From: an uncultured virus (IMG/VR IMGVR_UViG_3300034272_002779)
Lineage: Duplodnaviria > Heunggongvirae > Uroviricota > Caudoviricetes
DNA length: 64,000 nt
Virus record (IMG/VR): IMGVR_UViG_3300034272_002779
Reading direction: 5' to 3' (one strand)
This document shows positions 28,079 to 38,347 of this stretch, one piece after another. A program made the translations under genes and the position numbers. Numbering within the stretch: position 1 is the stretch's first letter; the number at the start of each line of letters is the position of its first letter. Below the pieces are notes generated by a model. It saw only the letters and a program-made list of their open reading frames with translations, was not told the DNA's origin and made no database searches.

Positions 28079-28981
28079 TTACATCACATCGTAAATACGA
28101 ATTCCAACCCTTCTAGCATAAGCCCACATTTTTCTAAGAGACTTATTGTATTTCTGTCTAATGCTCTCCGGAGTTCTTTCTAATCGGATAGCGATTTCTC
28201 CGAAGCTTTCCTCAAAACAGTAGATATTGTCATCTGAGATGCCGTGTTTTTTAAATACTATATCTCTTTCTGTCTCGGTTAGAGCTTTAGATAGGATTTT
28301 GATGATCTTCTTAAAATCCCCTCCTTTTAATCCTTCATCACTGTGGTCTACCCCCGAATCAAGAATATCTATTAAGGATCCAGAGTCTGAGTCTGACGTG
28401 AGAGGATTTGTCAGGGATGCTAATTTATGATCGGCCTGAGTTGATAGTAATAGGGATTCTTTCTTGGTACTTGCGTATTTTTCATTCTTGGAAACTAGTT
28501 CTTCGAAAGACTCGTCAAAAGTAGCTTCCCTACCCTCTCTCATAGAAATCTCATTGCCGGTTTTCATCATATCCCGGAGTATAGCACCTTGGTTAATAGG
28601 AACTCTGATAGTTCTAGAATTATCGTTTAGATAATTAATCATTTCTTTTCTAATGTACCATACGGCAAACGATATAAATTTGAATCCTCTCGTTGGATCA
28701 AATTTTTCCGCGGCCTCTATTAGTCCCATGTTTCCAGCTGCAACAACGTCAGCGAAATCTTCAGGGTTGCTAGCGTACATCTTAGCAACAGAGACCACGA
28801 ATCTAAGATTGGCCGTAACTAGCTCGTTTCTGGCGTCTTCATCGCCACTAGCTGCTAGTCTAGCCAACTCAACTTCTCTTTCAGGAGAGATGAGCTTTGT
28901 TTTCTCCAGATCCCCCAAATAAGACCCAGCTGCCTTAGTCATTCTGGGAGTTAACTTGTCGGAGATTTTAAACTGTCTCAT
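28079..28981 (-). CDS. sigma-70 family factor, Bacteroidota primary-sigma-like
   Basis: MRQFKIS N-terminus; ANLRFVVSVAK, GLIEAAEKFDPTRGFKFISFAVWYIR, SRTIRVP; region 4 HTH. Confidence 0.92.
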   Translation of the reverse strand: MRQFKISDKLTPRMTKAAGSYLGDLEKTKLISPEREVELARLAASGDEDARNELVTANLRFVVSVAKMYASNPEDFADVVAAGNMGLIEAAEKFDPTRGFKFISFAVWYIRKEMINYLNDNSRTIRVPINQGAILRDMMKTGNEISMREGREATFDESFEELVSKNEKYASTKKESLLLSTQADHKLASLTNPLTSDSDSGSLIDILDSGVDHSDEGLKGGDFKKIIKILSKALTETERDIVFKKHGISDDNIYCFEESFGEIAIRLERTPESIRQKYNKSLRKMWAYARRVGIRIYDVM

Positions 28982-29200
28982 GGTCTTTTATTTTTTTTAC
29001 TCGATGTTAATAACTTCACAAAGTTATGCCATCTAAACGGAACAAAAAAATTTTATATAAAAAAATTGTATTGAACCTCATATTATATATTTATTTTTTA
29101 ATAATTTATGCGGATGTGTGTATCGATATATAGAAGGAAGCATTAGAGTGACGAAAAGGAATCATTTTAAGCTCGTATAGGAACTTAAGATCATTAAACA

Positions 29201-29785
29201 ATGAAACACATCAGAACATTCGAATCGCTCTCCTACGGCAAAGAAAAAGGCCAAATAAGTGAGGGCTTGGGATATCATCTAGATAGGAATTTACCGCTAA
29301 TGGAAAGTGTCTATCGTATAGAGTCAGAAGCTTGGCTGGATCTAGTAAACGAAGCTAGGATTCTATGGGAAAGAGGAGACATAGAACTGGAGGAGGATGA
29401 TTTATTTCTGATAGGAACAGATGCAGGAAGAACCGGCATCTATGAGGGAGAGGAAGTATTATTAGATGTTCCTTTTTATCTATGGGATGATATCGACGAA
29501 GCAGAGTACAGAGGTAGAAAGGTTGATCTAAATAAACCATTTAGAACTCCAGGAGGTCCTAGAAAATTTGCAGTTTACACCAAGAATGAATCAGGAAACA
29601 TTGTAAAGGTTGGGTTTGGCCAGCCAGGAATGAGAGTAAATAATGACGATCCAGCTAAAGCAAGATCATTCAGAAAGAGAATGAGATGTGATAATCCCGG
29701 ACCTAGATGGAAAGCTAAATGGTGGTCTTGTAATGTTGCGAGATATAGAAAACTATTAGGTATTAAATCTAGCAGACCGTGGTAA
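29201..29785 (+). CDS. tagged conserved phage protein
   Basis: MKHIRTFES; EAEYRGRKV.LNKPFR...KF.VY...VGFG...RSFR.RM.C...WWSC. Confidence 0.8.
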   Translation: MKHIRTFESLSYGKEKGQISEGLGYHLDRNLPLMESVYRIESEAWLDLVNEARILWERGDIELEEDDLFLIGTDAGRTGIYEGEEVLLDVPFYLWDDIDEAEYRGRKVDLNKPFRTPGGPRKFAVYTKNESGNIVKVGFGQPGMRVNNDDPAKARSFRKRMRCDNPGPRWKAKWWSCNVARYRKLLGIKSSRPW

Positions 29786-30063
29786 AGAATGCAGCATACA
29801 ATGAAACGGTAATTTCTACCGGTCAGATTGAAAAGGTTATAAGAAAATTTTCACAGGACACTGATTCGGAAGAATTTAAGTGGCATTGGGACGAGGAAGA
29901 TAGAATAATACACAGGGTCCATGAAACGGACTGGCTAATACAGTTGGATAACAAGTTACCTCAGAAAATAGAGAACAGGATCAAAATATCTAAGGGTGAA
30001 TGGCACAGATTAATAAAAGGATCTGGTGATCTAGAGCTAGTAGTAGAAAAGATATATAAATAA
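29779..30063 (+). CDS. cupin-like small protein
   Basis: WHWDEEDR...QLDN.LP...WHRLIKG. Confidence 0.7.
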   Translation: MVKNAAYNETVISTGQIEKVIRKFSQDTDSEEFKWHWDEEDRIIHRVHETDWLIQLDNKLPQKIENRIKISKGEWHRLIKGSGDLELVVEKIYK

Positions 30064-30075
30064 AAAAATCAAAAA

Positions 30076-30285
30076 ATGGAAAACCTTAAAGAGTATAACG
30101 ATTTTCTTTTTGAAAAAAGAGGGGTAAGCCCAGTTATTTACAATGATTTAGAATTCTTCTTTAGCAGCGTGAAATATCCTGCTTACGAGGAGGCTAAAAA
30201 ATTCATAGCTAAATCTCATGATGGTTGGGATCTTTCTAAAGAGGATTATGAAGAGGCTAAGAAAATGTTCAGAAAAGGAAATTAA
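30076..30285 (+). CDS. tagged small protein
   Basis: MENLKEYNDFLFE. Confidence 0.7.
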   Translation: MENLKEYNDFLFEKRGVSPVIYNDLEFFFSSVKYPAYEEAKKFIAKSHDGWDLSKEDYEEAKKMFRKGN

Positions 30286-30869
30286 TGAAACACGTTAGAC
30301 TGTACGAGAATTTCGACCTGGATGCTTTTATGAAAGATCCTGAGTCTTATTTTCATGATGACAGCTCACCCGAGATAGTAGAGGGGGACTACGTTAACTC
30401 ATATAGAGGGGTTGGTCAGGTTTTATCTATAGATAATGATTTTATTAGGGTACAGCTTATAGATGGACCAAAATCAATAGTTAAAGTTCCAAGAGAATTG
30501 GTAACCAAGATAGCAAAAGCCGATGCTATGCAAATAGCACAATTACTAACAAACACAAGAAAAGATCTGGAGGAGATATCTTCGGATCTACAGGATTATC
30601 TAGATACAATGATTTCTACGGATGATGATGAAACCAAAGAGATTATATCAGGGGATATAGAATCATCAGTAAACTACTTAGAAAGCATTTTAATAGATGT
30701 GATAGGATTACAGAAGAAAGACTCATATGCAACTTCATATCCTCAATATTCTCATCTGGTATCTATAATTGCTACTTTTGCTCATCTTATTCTGGAAACC
30801 ACCGAAGATGACGAAATTCAAAAAAGGGTGGATACCATACTAGATAAGTTTTACGAAATTTCAAATTGA
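30285..30869 (+). CDS. tagged protein, possible SH3/KOW-like domain plus helical region
   Basis: MKHVRLYENF; EGDYV...GVGQVL. Confidence 0.7.
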   Translation: MKHVRLYENFDLDAFMKDPESYFHDDSSPEIVEGDYVNSYRGVGQVLSIDNDFIRVQLIDGPKSIVKVPRELVTKIAKADAMQIAQLLTNTRKDLEEISSDLQDYLDTMISTDDDETKEIISGDIESSVNYLESILIDVIGLQKKDSYATSYPQYSHLVSIIATFAHLILETTEDDEIQKRVDTILDKFYEISN

Positions 30870-30912
30870 TTGGAATAAATCACCAAAGTCATACTAAAAC
30901 AAATAAAAAGTT

Positions 30913-31542
30913 ATGGCTAATGGTGTTTATAAAATAACGGAAGATTTCGAAAAGGCTCTTTGCGATTATACAGGAGCACCTTATGCAGTTACTGTAGACA
31001 ATCAATCCAACGCTTTATTCTTAGCTATGATGTTTGAAGGGGTCAAAGGAAAGTCGATAACAATTCCATCCAGAACTTATCCATCAGTTCCCTGCGAGAT
31101 CATACACGCTGGGGGTAAGGTAAAATTCAAAGAGGTAAGAGGTAAAACAATAAAGGGAGCATATCAGCTAGAGCCAACCAATATCTGGGACTCTGCTCTA
31201 AGATTTACCGCTGATATGTATATTCCACGTACTCACATGTGTCTATCTTTCACTGGGCCATATAAGCACTTTAAGTTAAGTAAGGGTGGAGCAATTCTAA
31301 CCGATAATTTAGAGGCTTATCATTGGTTTAAGAGAGCTCGATATAGCGGAAGAAGAGAATGCTCTTATCACGACGACCACTTTGATATGTTAGGATGGAA
31401 CTTCTATATGATGCCGGAATTATCAGCTAGAGGTCTCCTGATGATGAATCAGTTTTATAACATGGATGGGACTAAGAAGAACATGGAAGATTTAGAGCTT
31501 CCTTATCCGGATTTAAGTAAATATGAAATTTATAAATCATAA
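30913..31542 (+). CDS. short DegT/DnrJ/EryC1/StrS-like PLP enzyme
   Basis: FEKALCDYTGAPYAV, DSA, LSF...K....GGAIL, GWNFYM. Confidence 0.8.
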   Translation: MANGVYKITEDFEKALCDYTGAPYAVTVDNQSNALFLAMMFEGVKGKSITIPSRTYPSVPCEIIHAGGKVKFKEVRGKTIKGAYQLEPTNIWDSALRFTADMYIPRTHMCLSFTGPYKHFKLSKGGAILTDNLEAYHWFKRARYSGRRECSYHDDHFDMLGWNFYMMPELSARGLLMMNQFYNMDGTKKNMEDLELPYPDLSKYEIYKS

Positions 31543-31545
31543 AAT

Positions 31546-32883
31546 ATGGATCCATTTCTTTGGATAGACAATCAGAGATCGGCTCAGAGCAAATTTATCG
31601 AAGAGCCATTTAATGGGGTTATTAGAAAATTCGATCTCATCATAGAGATAGGAACATTTACTGGGGTTTTCACTAAATGGTTATCCCAAAATGTAAAAGA
31701 CGGGTCTTTAATATTTTCCTATGATAATAATCCTTCCTATAGAATAGTGGAGGATCTAAGCAATGTTAGATTCAGAGTATGTGATTTCTTTAATCTAGAA
31801 ACATTAAGCGAGATAAAGAGTCTAATACAGACTTCGGGAAGGACCTTAATTCTATGCGATGGTGGAGACAAAGAAACCGAATTCAAGATACTCTCTAGGT
31901 TTATGAAAGATGGTGACGTTATCATGCTACACGATTACGAGCACGATCCCCTAGAATATCACGCAATTTCGGAATCAATAGGGTGGCTTACCAACTCTGA
32001 GTCTTTTTTTAGAAATCTCGAAAGATATCTACCAGAACTAAATTTAATCCCTTATAAGTATGAAGAATTTAAGGACGTTCTATGGGGAAGCTTTACAAAG
32101 AAATCAAATGAAATAATAGCTCTCTCGATAACGACTTCAAGGAGATTACCACTTTTTAAAACAACCATAGAAACTCTATCTAGGAATTGTAAGGATAAAC
32201 ATCTGATAAAATATTTTTTGCACTTTGATGACTCTTCTTCTAATGAGGATCGAGATGAAATGGAATCGATTATAAGAAAAAAATTCCCGTTAGCTAGAAT
32301 CTATAATTTTAGATTTGGAGCAGATACAATATCGGACAAGAAGAGACACAGAGAGATTATGGGCAAATGGAAATCCGAAGTAGAAGATATGTGCGATTTT
32401 GTTTTTCATACGGAGGACGATTGGAGATTCGATAAAGAATTCTATTTGTCCGAAATCATATCTTTTATTAAAAGGAAAGAAGATGTGGCTTATGTTGGGG
32501 TTTCCCAGGAGATCAGAGATTTTCCGGAAGACATGAAACCTAAAACCGATGGCATTTTTTGGGAATGGTATTTTGATAAGGAGAAAGAAATTCTGAGTAA
32601 TCTTTTCTTGGACTCTAAAATTATGGCAAAATCGGGAGACCCCGGTTTTTGGTGTTACTATATAAATTGGCCTTATTTCGGGTTCAGACCCGGAGTATGG
32701 GACACGAAGAGATTATCTGAATTTGATTGGTCGAGGATATACACTGATAACGATTCTCATTTCGAATTGGATTTCGCCAAGGGGCTATCAGAAAAGTATG
32801 TTTCGTATAGCATGATGGATAGTGTTTGTGAACACATAGGAACCGAGGAATCTGCTTATGATATAAATAACTCGTCAAGATGA
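31546..32883 (+). CDS. fused SAM-methyltransferase and GT-A glycosyltransferase
   Basis: IEIGT..G..T, CDGG.K, HDY; then DD.S ... HTEDDW ... HIG. Confidence 0.7.
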   Translation: MDPFLWIDNQRSAQSKFIEEPFNGVIRKFDLIIEIGTFTGVFTKWLSQNVKDGSLIFSYDNNPSYRIVEDLSNVRFRVCDFFNLETLSEIKSLIQTSGRTLILCDGGDKETEFKILSRFMKDGDVIMLHDYEHDPLEYHAISESIGWLTNSESFFRNLERYLPELNLIPYKYEEFKDVLWGSFTKKSNEIIALSITTSRRLPLFKTTIETLSRNCKDKHLIKYFLHFDDSSSNEDRDEMESIIRKKFPLARIYNFRFGADTISDKKRHREIMGKWKSEVEDMCDFVFHTEDDWRFDKEFYLSEIISFIKRKEDVAYVGVSQEIRDFPEDMKPKTDGIFWEWYFDKEKEILSNLFLDSKIMAKSGDPGFWCYYINWPYFGFRPGVWDTKRLSEFDWSRIYTDNDSHFELDFAKGLSEKYVSYSMMDSVCEHIGTEESAYDINNSSR

Positions 32884-33464
32884 TTAATATAGCTTTAATA
32901 GGTAACGGTGGACATGCCAGAGAGGTTGAGTTCCAAATGGGTATTAAAATAACCAAATTCGTAGACGATAGTTTCTATGTCCCCGGGGATAGCTATTTAA
33001 TGCCTCTTTCTAAATTCAACCCTCTCCACTGGGAGATTATGGTGGCAGTAGGCGATTCGAAAGATAGGGAGAGCATAATAAAAAAACTACCAAAAGAAAC
33101 ACAATACTTTTCATTTGTCCATCCCACTGTTATAGCATCGGATGATTTTCAAGTTGGACAAGGATCTTTCATTGGCGCTTATAGCATCATTACAACTAAT
33201 GTGAAAATAGGAGATCATTGTATTTTAAACCGAGGATGCCACATAGGACACGATTCAATCATAGGAGATTATTTCTCTGCCATGCCCGGATCAATAGTTT
33301 CGGGAGATGTTAAAATAGGAGATCGTGTATACTTGGGAACAAATTCGTCAATAAGGGAAAAGGTATCCATATGTGACGATGTTACCATAGGATTAAATAG
33401 TGGCGTATACAAATCAATCTCTGCTCCTGGTAAATACACCTCGATAAATCAATTAGATCTATAA
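32880..33464 (+). CDS. sugar O/N-acetyltransferase, NeuD/PglD family
   Basis: GNGGHAREV, HP, IGHDS, hexapeptide repeats. Confidence 0.88.
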   Translation: MINIALIGNGGHAREVEFQMGIKITKFVDDSFYVPGDSYLMPLSKFNPLHWEIMVAVGDSKDRESIIKKLPKETQYFSFVHPTVIASDDFQVGQGSFIGAYSIITTNVKIGDHCILNRGCHIGHDSIIGDYFSAMPGSIVSGDVKIGDRVYLGTNSSIREKVSICDDVTIGLNSGVYKSISAPGKYTSINQLDL

Positions 33465-35162
33465 ATGGAAATAAGTATAATAGTCACAGCATATAAATTC
33501 GAAAAATATATTAGTCAGTGTATCGAATCTATAATTTCACAGAATATAGAAGTAGATCACGAAATAATAATCAGGGACGACCATTCGGAGGATAATACTA
33601 ATTCTATTCTTAGGGAAAAATTCTCACATATAGAGAACCTTAAAATAGTGGAGAGCGAATCCAATATTGGCGCTTTTGAAAATCTGAAATTGCTAATATC
33701 GATGGCTAAGGGAAAATATATTGCTCATATAGATGGAGACGATTATTTTACCAATCCTGGACATATCATGATGAAGTATAATTTCCTTGCGGGAAATCGG
33801 GACTTCTCTATGATCTCATCCGGATATAAAACCATGGACGAGAACGGGAACTTTTCCGTTCACCATCACCCATTAAAAGATGTCGTTACTCAGGAGGATA
33901 TGATCGAAAACAATTGGGTAACTTTCGGGAGAATGTGGAGACGTGAATCTTCAGAGACATCAGAATGGCTTTCTAAAATACCCTATCTTGATTGGGCTTT
34001 CAATTATTCTATAGCTAAACATGGTAACATAAAATGTGAATATGATGAAGGTGGCGTATATAGGATATCCAACGACGGTATGTTTTCTAAAAAATCAAGA
34101 TCTGATAAAAGGATAAACTATCTGTCGATATCTAAGGCTCTTTCCAATATGTACCGTCTAGAAAACAAGGTGCTAACCATCACTGATTGTTTTGTTAGAA
34201 ACCAGCAGATAGAAGAAAAATTAAAGGATTCCATAATAAGGGCTAAGACTTTAAATAACGATATCCTTCTAGCTTCAAACACTACGGTCTCTAAGGATGT
34301 TATGGATCTTTGTAACTTCTTTATCTATGACAAAAGAAACCAGCTATTTGAGAAAGAATATCCAAATATAGATTACGTTGATTTCTATATCAGCACCGGA
34401 GATTTTGTTATTCATAACGTGACCAAGGGAATGCAAAGACACGGACTTTCCGTTCTGATTAATCTTTATAATTCTGTAGCGTATGCTAAAACACTAGGGT
34501 ATAAATATTTTCAGAGAATAGAGTGCGATGATATATTCGGTCCTCTTTCGCTTAAAAAGATAAAAGACATTCAGGAAGAATGTATAGCTCTAAATAAAAA
34601 AGGGGTTTTCTACGTAAATGATTCTGAGGCCAATATCTCCTTTCATTATTTTTTATGTGAAATTGATTACTTTTTAAATTCAGTAAAACAGATATCAAAA
34701 GAAGAGGACTACGAGAAATACGTGAATGTAAGAATGCCTTACCCAAAATTCATGATAGCGGAAGAATTTATTTACGAGAACATTATAGATAATTCGGCCG
34801 AGCTTCAATTAAAGGACGGCGGAAGAATGAATGAGGATTTTCCGGATACTGAATGGAATACAGAAACCTCGGACAGTAATATGGATTCCGAGTTCAGAGG
34901 ATGTATAACCGGAATCTACGCATCATCCAGAGGAGATATAGTTTGTACTTATAATTACTCCACTGCTAATATAAATAGAAGGATCGAGGTTCTTAAAGAA
35001 AACGGGGAGATAGATATTATATACCATAAATTAGAAGGTCGTGGCGGATGGATGTACAACCAGTTCGATTCTGTTCATAAAATATCTGTCTATAGCGAAG
35101 AAACAGGTAACCTTCTATATTCTCAGAAAAAAGAGGATTCTAAAAGCTATATAGATTTTTAA
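33465..35162 (+). CDS. GT2 glycosyltransferase with extra C-terminal domain
   Basis: SIIVTAY..E.YI..CIES, DDHSED, HIDGDD. Confidence 0.85.
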   Translation: MEISIIVTAYKFEKYISQCIESIISQNIEVDHEIIIRDDHSEDNTNSILREKFSHIENLKIVESESNIGAFENLKLLISMAKGKYIAHIDGDDYFTNPGHIMMKYNFLAGNRDFSMISSGYKTMDENGNFSVHHHPLKDVVTQEDMIENNWVTFGRMWRRESSETSEWLSKIPYLDWAFNYSIAKHGNIKCEYDEGGVYRISNDGMFSKKSRSDKRINYLSISKALSNMYRLENKVLTITDCFVRNQQIEEKLKDSIIRAKTLNNDILLASNTTVSKDVMDLCNFFIYDKRNQLFEKEYPNIDYVDFYISTGDFVIHNVTKGMQRHGLSVLINLYNSVAYAKTLGYKYFQRIECDDIFGPLSLKKIKDIQEECIALNKKGVFYVNDSEANISFHYFLCEIDYFLNSVKQISKEEDYEKYVNVRMPYPKFMIAEEFIYENIIDNSAELQLKDGGRMNEDFPDTEWNTETSDSNMDSEFRGCITGIYASSRGDIVCTYNYSTANINRRIEVLKENGEIDIIYHKLEGRGGWMYNQFDSVHKISVYSEETGNLLYSQKKEDSKSYIDF

Positions 35163-35167
35163 TAAGG

Positions 35168-35404
35168 ATGAATAAATTTTTCACAGCACTCTACGAAAAG
35201 GAGGGAAAAATAATAGTCGATATATCAGTTAAATCCGATTTCCAAAAAATATCAGAGATTGAATCTTTTATAGAAAAAAGAGAGATTATCAAATATGAGA
35301 GAAATCAGATGGGAGATATTATAACAATCCTAGTGTATTTCGATAAATCGGGCCAAAAAGAATCGCAATCCTTTCTAAATAATCTGTACCAATTTATAGA
35401 CTAA
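35168..35404 (+). CDS. hypothetical protein
   Basis: ORF in operon. Confidence 0.55.
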   Translation: MNKFFTALYEKEGKIIVDISVKSDFQKISEIESFIEKREIIKYERNQMGDIITILVYFDKSGQKESQSFLNNLYQFID

Positions 35405-35423
35405 TTTTTGTGATATATAAAGC

Positions 35424-36257
35424 ATGTTACAGATTAAATACGGACCAGAGATAGAGGATACTAGAAGATTCTTGGAGATATTATCCGAGCACAAAAAGGT
35501 AACCTTTATAACAACTTCTAGCAGAAGCCCATATGTTGAAAAATTTGGGGAAAGTCCTAAATCTTCCCAGCTAGCCAGAAATCTAGCAGAGAATCTAGAG
35601 AGAAGAGGGGTTAAGGTAAACATCATAGATGCGACCAAATTAGAGATTAAAAACTGTCTAGGTTGTGTTAGCGAGGTCCATGGTAATAACTGTGGAGCAA
35701 AAGAATCAAATCTTAAAGACAAGGAAAAGAATCCTAATGGTAAGCTTAGATGCTGGGCAAGCCACGATTTCAAGGACGATGAACTTTGGAAGATATCTAA
35801 ATCTATCTATGAAAGTCAGGCTGTTATTTTCTTTGGTTCCCAAAGATGGGGGAGCGTGAATGCAATGTATCAGAAGGTCATAGAAAGATTGGATTGGATC
35901 GAAAACATGCACACTTCCCTAGGAGAAGAGAACAGCGTAAAAGATATACAGGCGGGTCTGGTAATCATAGGACAAAACTGGAAAGTAGAAGAAAGCCTAG
36001 TTACTCAGAAAAAAGTACTTGAATTCTATGGGTTTAAAACTCCGGATTCCTTATTTATAGGATGGCAATATACCAGAGACTCAAATGACGAGACTCAGGA
36101 ATCCTACAGAAATGCGGTAGATACATTCGAGCAAGCGTGGAATATTAAATTGTTTAATTGGGAAAAACCAAAAGGAACAGAGCTCAGCATAGAAAAGTCT
36201 AATGAATCCCATTTCGTAACATTTAAGGACTTTCTCCATGAAATAAAAAATCTATAA
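35424..36257 (+). CDS. NADPH-dependent FMN reductase/iron-sulfur flavoprotein-like
   Basis: TSSR..S..LA, CLGC..C..C, DD, IFFGSQRWG..A..Q.VIERL. Confidence 0.75.
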   Translation: MLQIKYGPEIEDTRRFLEILSEHKKVTFITTSSRSPYVEKFGESPKSSQLARNLAENLERRGVKVNIIDATKLEIKNCLGCVSEVHGNNCGAKESNLKDKEKNPNGKLRCWASHDFKDDELWKISKSIYESQAVIFFGSQRWGSVNAMYQKVIERLDWIENMHTSLGEENSVKDIQAGLVIIGQNWKVEESLVTQKKVLEFYGFKTPDSLFIGWQYTRDSNDETQESYRNAVDTFEQAWNIKLFNWEKPKGTELSIEKSNESHFVTFKDFLHEIKNL

Positions 36258-36313
36258 ACATAAAAAAAACCGAATCCCTAAAGATTCGGTTTTTAGTTTT
36301 ATCTAATTCTTGA

Positions 36314-37717
36314 TTAAGCCATCTCGTATCCGAATTCGTCAGAATTGAAATCGAAATCCATGCTCCAATCTAAATCTTCAAATATGATATCTTCACCGAA
36401 GAAATCAGCGTATTCTTCAGACTCCCAGAAAGACTTACCTACGTTGTACAAGTAATTAAATCCATCGCTAACTGCTTTAGAAGCCGAATTGTAAGCAGAT
36501 GATACCGCATCTCCTGCACTCTTTAATAAAGATGCACCTGCTGCTAGTGCAGTTTTTGTTGCACTTACTGTAGCGTCCCATCCAGCTTTGATTGTTCTAG
36601 CAAAAGCCTGAGCACCATTCTTAACGTTTTTACCGATCCAGTCTAGTCCTCTTTTAACAAAAGCAGCTCCGTCTTTTGCAGCTTCTACTATACCTTTTAC
36701 TGCGGAAGAAAAAACGGATTTAATACCTCTCCATGCTGCAACAACTGCTCCAGTTAAAACATAAGCAGTAGTTTTTGCAGCAGCTTTAATACCGTCCAAA
36801 AATGCTGTGCATGCCTGAACTGAAGCCTTCATAACTTTTCCTGCTGATTCGGAAAACTTTGTCCATGCAGCATTAGACCATGCAGCAACTTTTTTATAAG
36901 CTGCTTTAGCCCCTTTAGCTGCCCAGTCCGTTACTGTAGCTAATCCCTGAGCTACTGCCCCTACTGCAGTCATTGCTCCTTTAGCTACCCAAGCACCTGC
37001 CGATACAACACCAGATATAATTGCGTTAGCTGTCTCTGCTGCTAATACGAATACTCCAGTAACAGTGTAGATAAGAGCCTTTCCTACTGCGCTAGCTGCA
37101 TTTTTCATCCATTCCCAGTTTGCTTTAAGAAGTCCCTTACCATCAAGTGTTTTAACAGTTTGAGCTGCATCTTTTTTAGGATAGCAAATAACGTAAGTTT
37201 TATCGCCGTTTTTAGTAACTACTACTCTATCAAATACCAATAGCAATTTAGGATCTATTCCAGCTGCCTTAGCTTGTGCTGTCGTTTTTACGATAAACTT
37301 TTGTACGATGATCTGATCTTGTTTCTTAACGTCGGTTACATTACCTTTTAGTGCCATCATCTTTCTTAAAGTCTGTACCCCGACTTTACCGTCGATCGTT
37401 AATTTATTTGCTTTTTGAAATTCTTTAACCTTAGCTTCAGTTGCAGGTCCAAAGATACCATCAGCCGGGTTAATACCTAAATACTTCTGTATCTCTACTA
37501 CTCTTGCTCCTTTTTCACCCTTTAATATCGGCTTATAAGTATTTATTTCACCTGCCTCGTTTGTTGCTCCAGCAGTTGCGAAAATCTCTGCAATCTCTTT
37601 CTTATTAGCTGTAGGGTTAGCAGGATTAAAAATTGAATTATCTTCGGCTTCATTTATAAAACCATAAGATTCATAAAGAGAATTGAATTCCCCGAATGAC
37701 ATTAATCTATTTTCCAT
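36314..37717 (-). CDS. tagged protein with peptidoglycan-binding domain and Ala-rich amphipathic repeats
   Basis: LKGEKG..V.EIQ.YLG...DGIFG..TE..VK.FQ....L.IDG.VG..T; W/A-rich helical repeats. Confidence 0.8.
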   Translation of the reverse strand: MENRLMSFGEFNSLYESYGFINEAEDNSIFNPANPTANKKEIAEIFATAGATNEAGEINTYKPILKGEKGARVVEIQKYLGINPADGIFGPATEAKVKEFQKANKLTIDGKVGVQTLRKMMALKGNVTDVKKQDQIIVQKFIVKTTAQAKAAGIDPKLLLVFDRVVVTKNGDKTYVICYPKKDAAQTVKTLDGKGLLKANWEWMKNAASAVGKALIYTVTGVFVLAAETANAIISGVVSAGAWVAKGAMTAVGAVAQGLATVTDWAAKGAKAAYKKVAAWSNAAWTKFSESAGKVMKASVQACTAFLDGIKAAAKTTAYVLTGAVVAAWRGIKSVFSSAVKGIVEAAKDGAAFVKRGLDWIGKNVKNGAQAFARTIKAGWDATVSATKTALAAGASLLKSAGDAVSSAYNSASKAVSDGFNYLYNVGKSFWESEEYADFFGEDIIFEDLDWSMDFDFNSDEFGYEMA

Positions 37718-37761
37718 TCTTTTACTTTTTTTTAGTTTTTATTATATATCTACTCAAAAAT

Positions 37762-38283
37762 CTAATTTTTTGAATATCTGTAATTTCCAGGATTTACCTG
37801 AAAGAAATTTTTAACACCATACAGGGAGCTTACCGTTTTCAAAGATGGAACTCCCGAAAGCTTAGGATTATCCCAGGTCCAGATTCTAAGAGTATCCTTG
37901 CTTGGCTTAAGGTGGAATAAATTTTTACCTTTTATCTCAATCACCTTGCTTTTACCCTCTTTACGGTATTGCCCCCATAGATCAAGAATAGATTCTGTAT
38001 ACCCTCTGATTCCTTTATAATCAAGAAATCTCTCCAGCATCATTTTTCTATCCATCATCTGTATATCAGAATCATCCGGTTTAATACCATCATATCGGGA
38101 GAAGCTTTTCTTAAGATCGCTCATAACTTCAATCGAGGGTTCACCCTTAAGGATAGAGAGAATATCTTTTTCGTAACCATAGATCTTTTCTCTTTCTAGA
38201 AATTCGGACAGGTCCTGGAGAAAATCTAGGTATTCCTCGTTAGATTCCAAAATTCCCCTAAAGTTATAGAATGAAAAGTCCAT
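37762..38283 (-). CDS. hypothetical protein (weak tag)
   Basis: GATATATA upstream. Confidence 0.65.
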   Translation of the reverse strand: MDFSFYNFRGILESNEEYLDFLQDLSEFLEREKIYGYEKDILSILKGEPSIEVMSDLKKSFSRYDGIKPDDSDIQMMDRKMMLERFLDYKGIRGYTESILDLWGQYRKEGKSKVIEIKGKNLFHLKPSKDTLRIWTWDNPKLSGVPSLKTVSSLYGVKNFFQVNPGNYRYSKN

Positions 38284-38347
38284 ATTCTATATATCAAAAT
38301 TCACTATTTTATTTTTTTTCTCCGGAGTATTTTAAGATATTTGAAAT

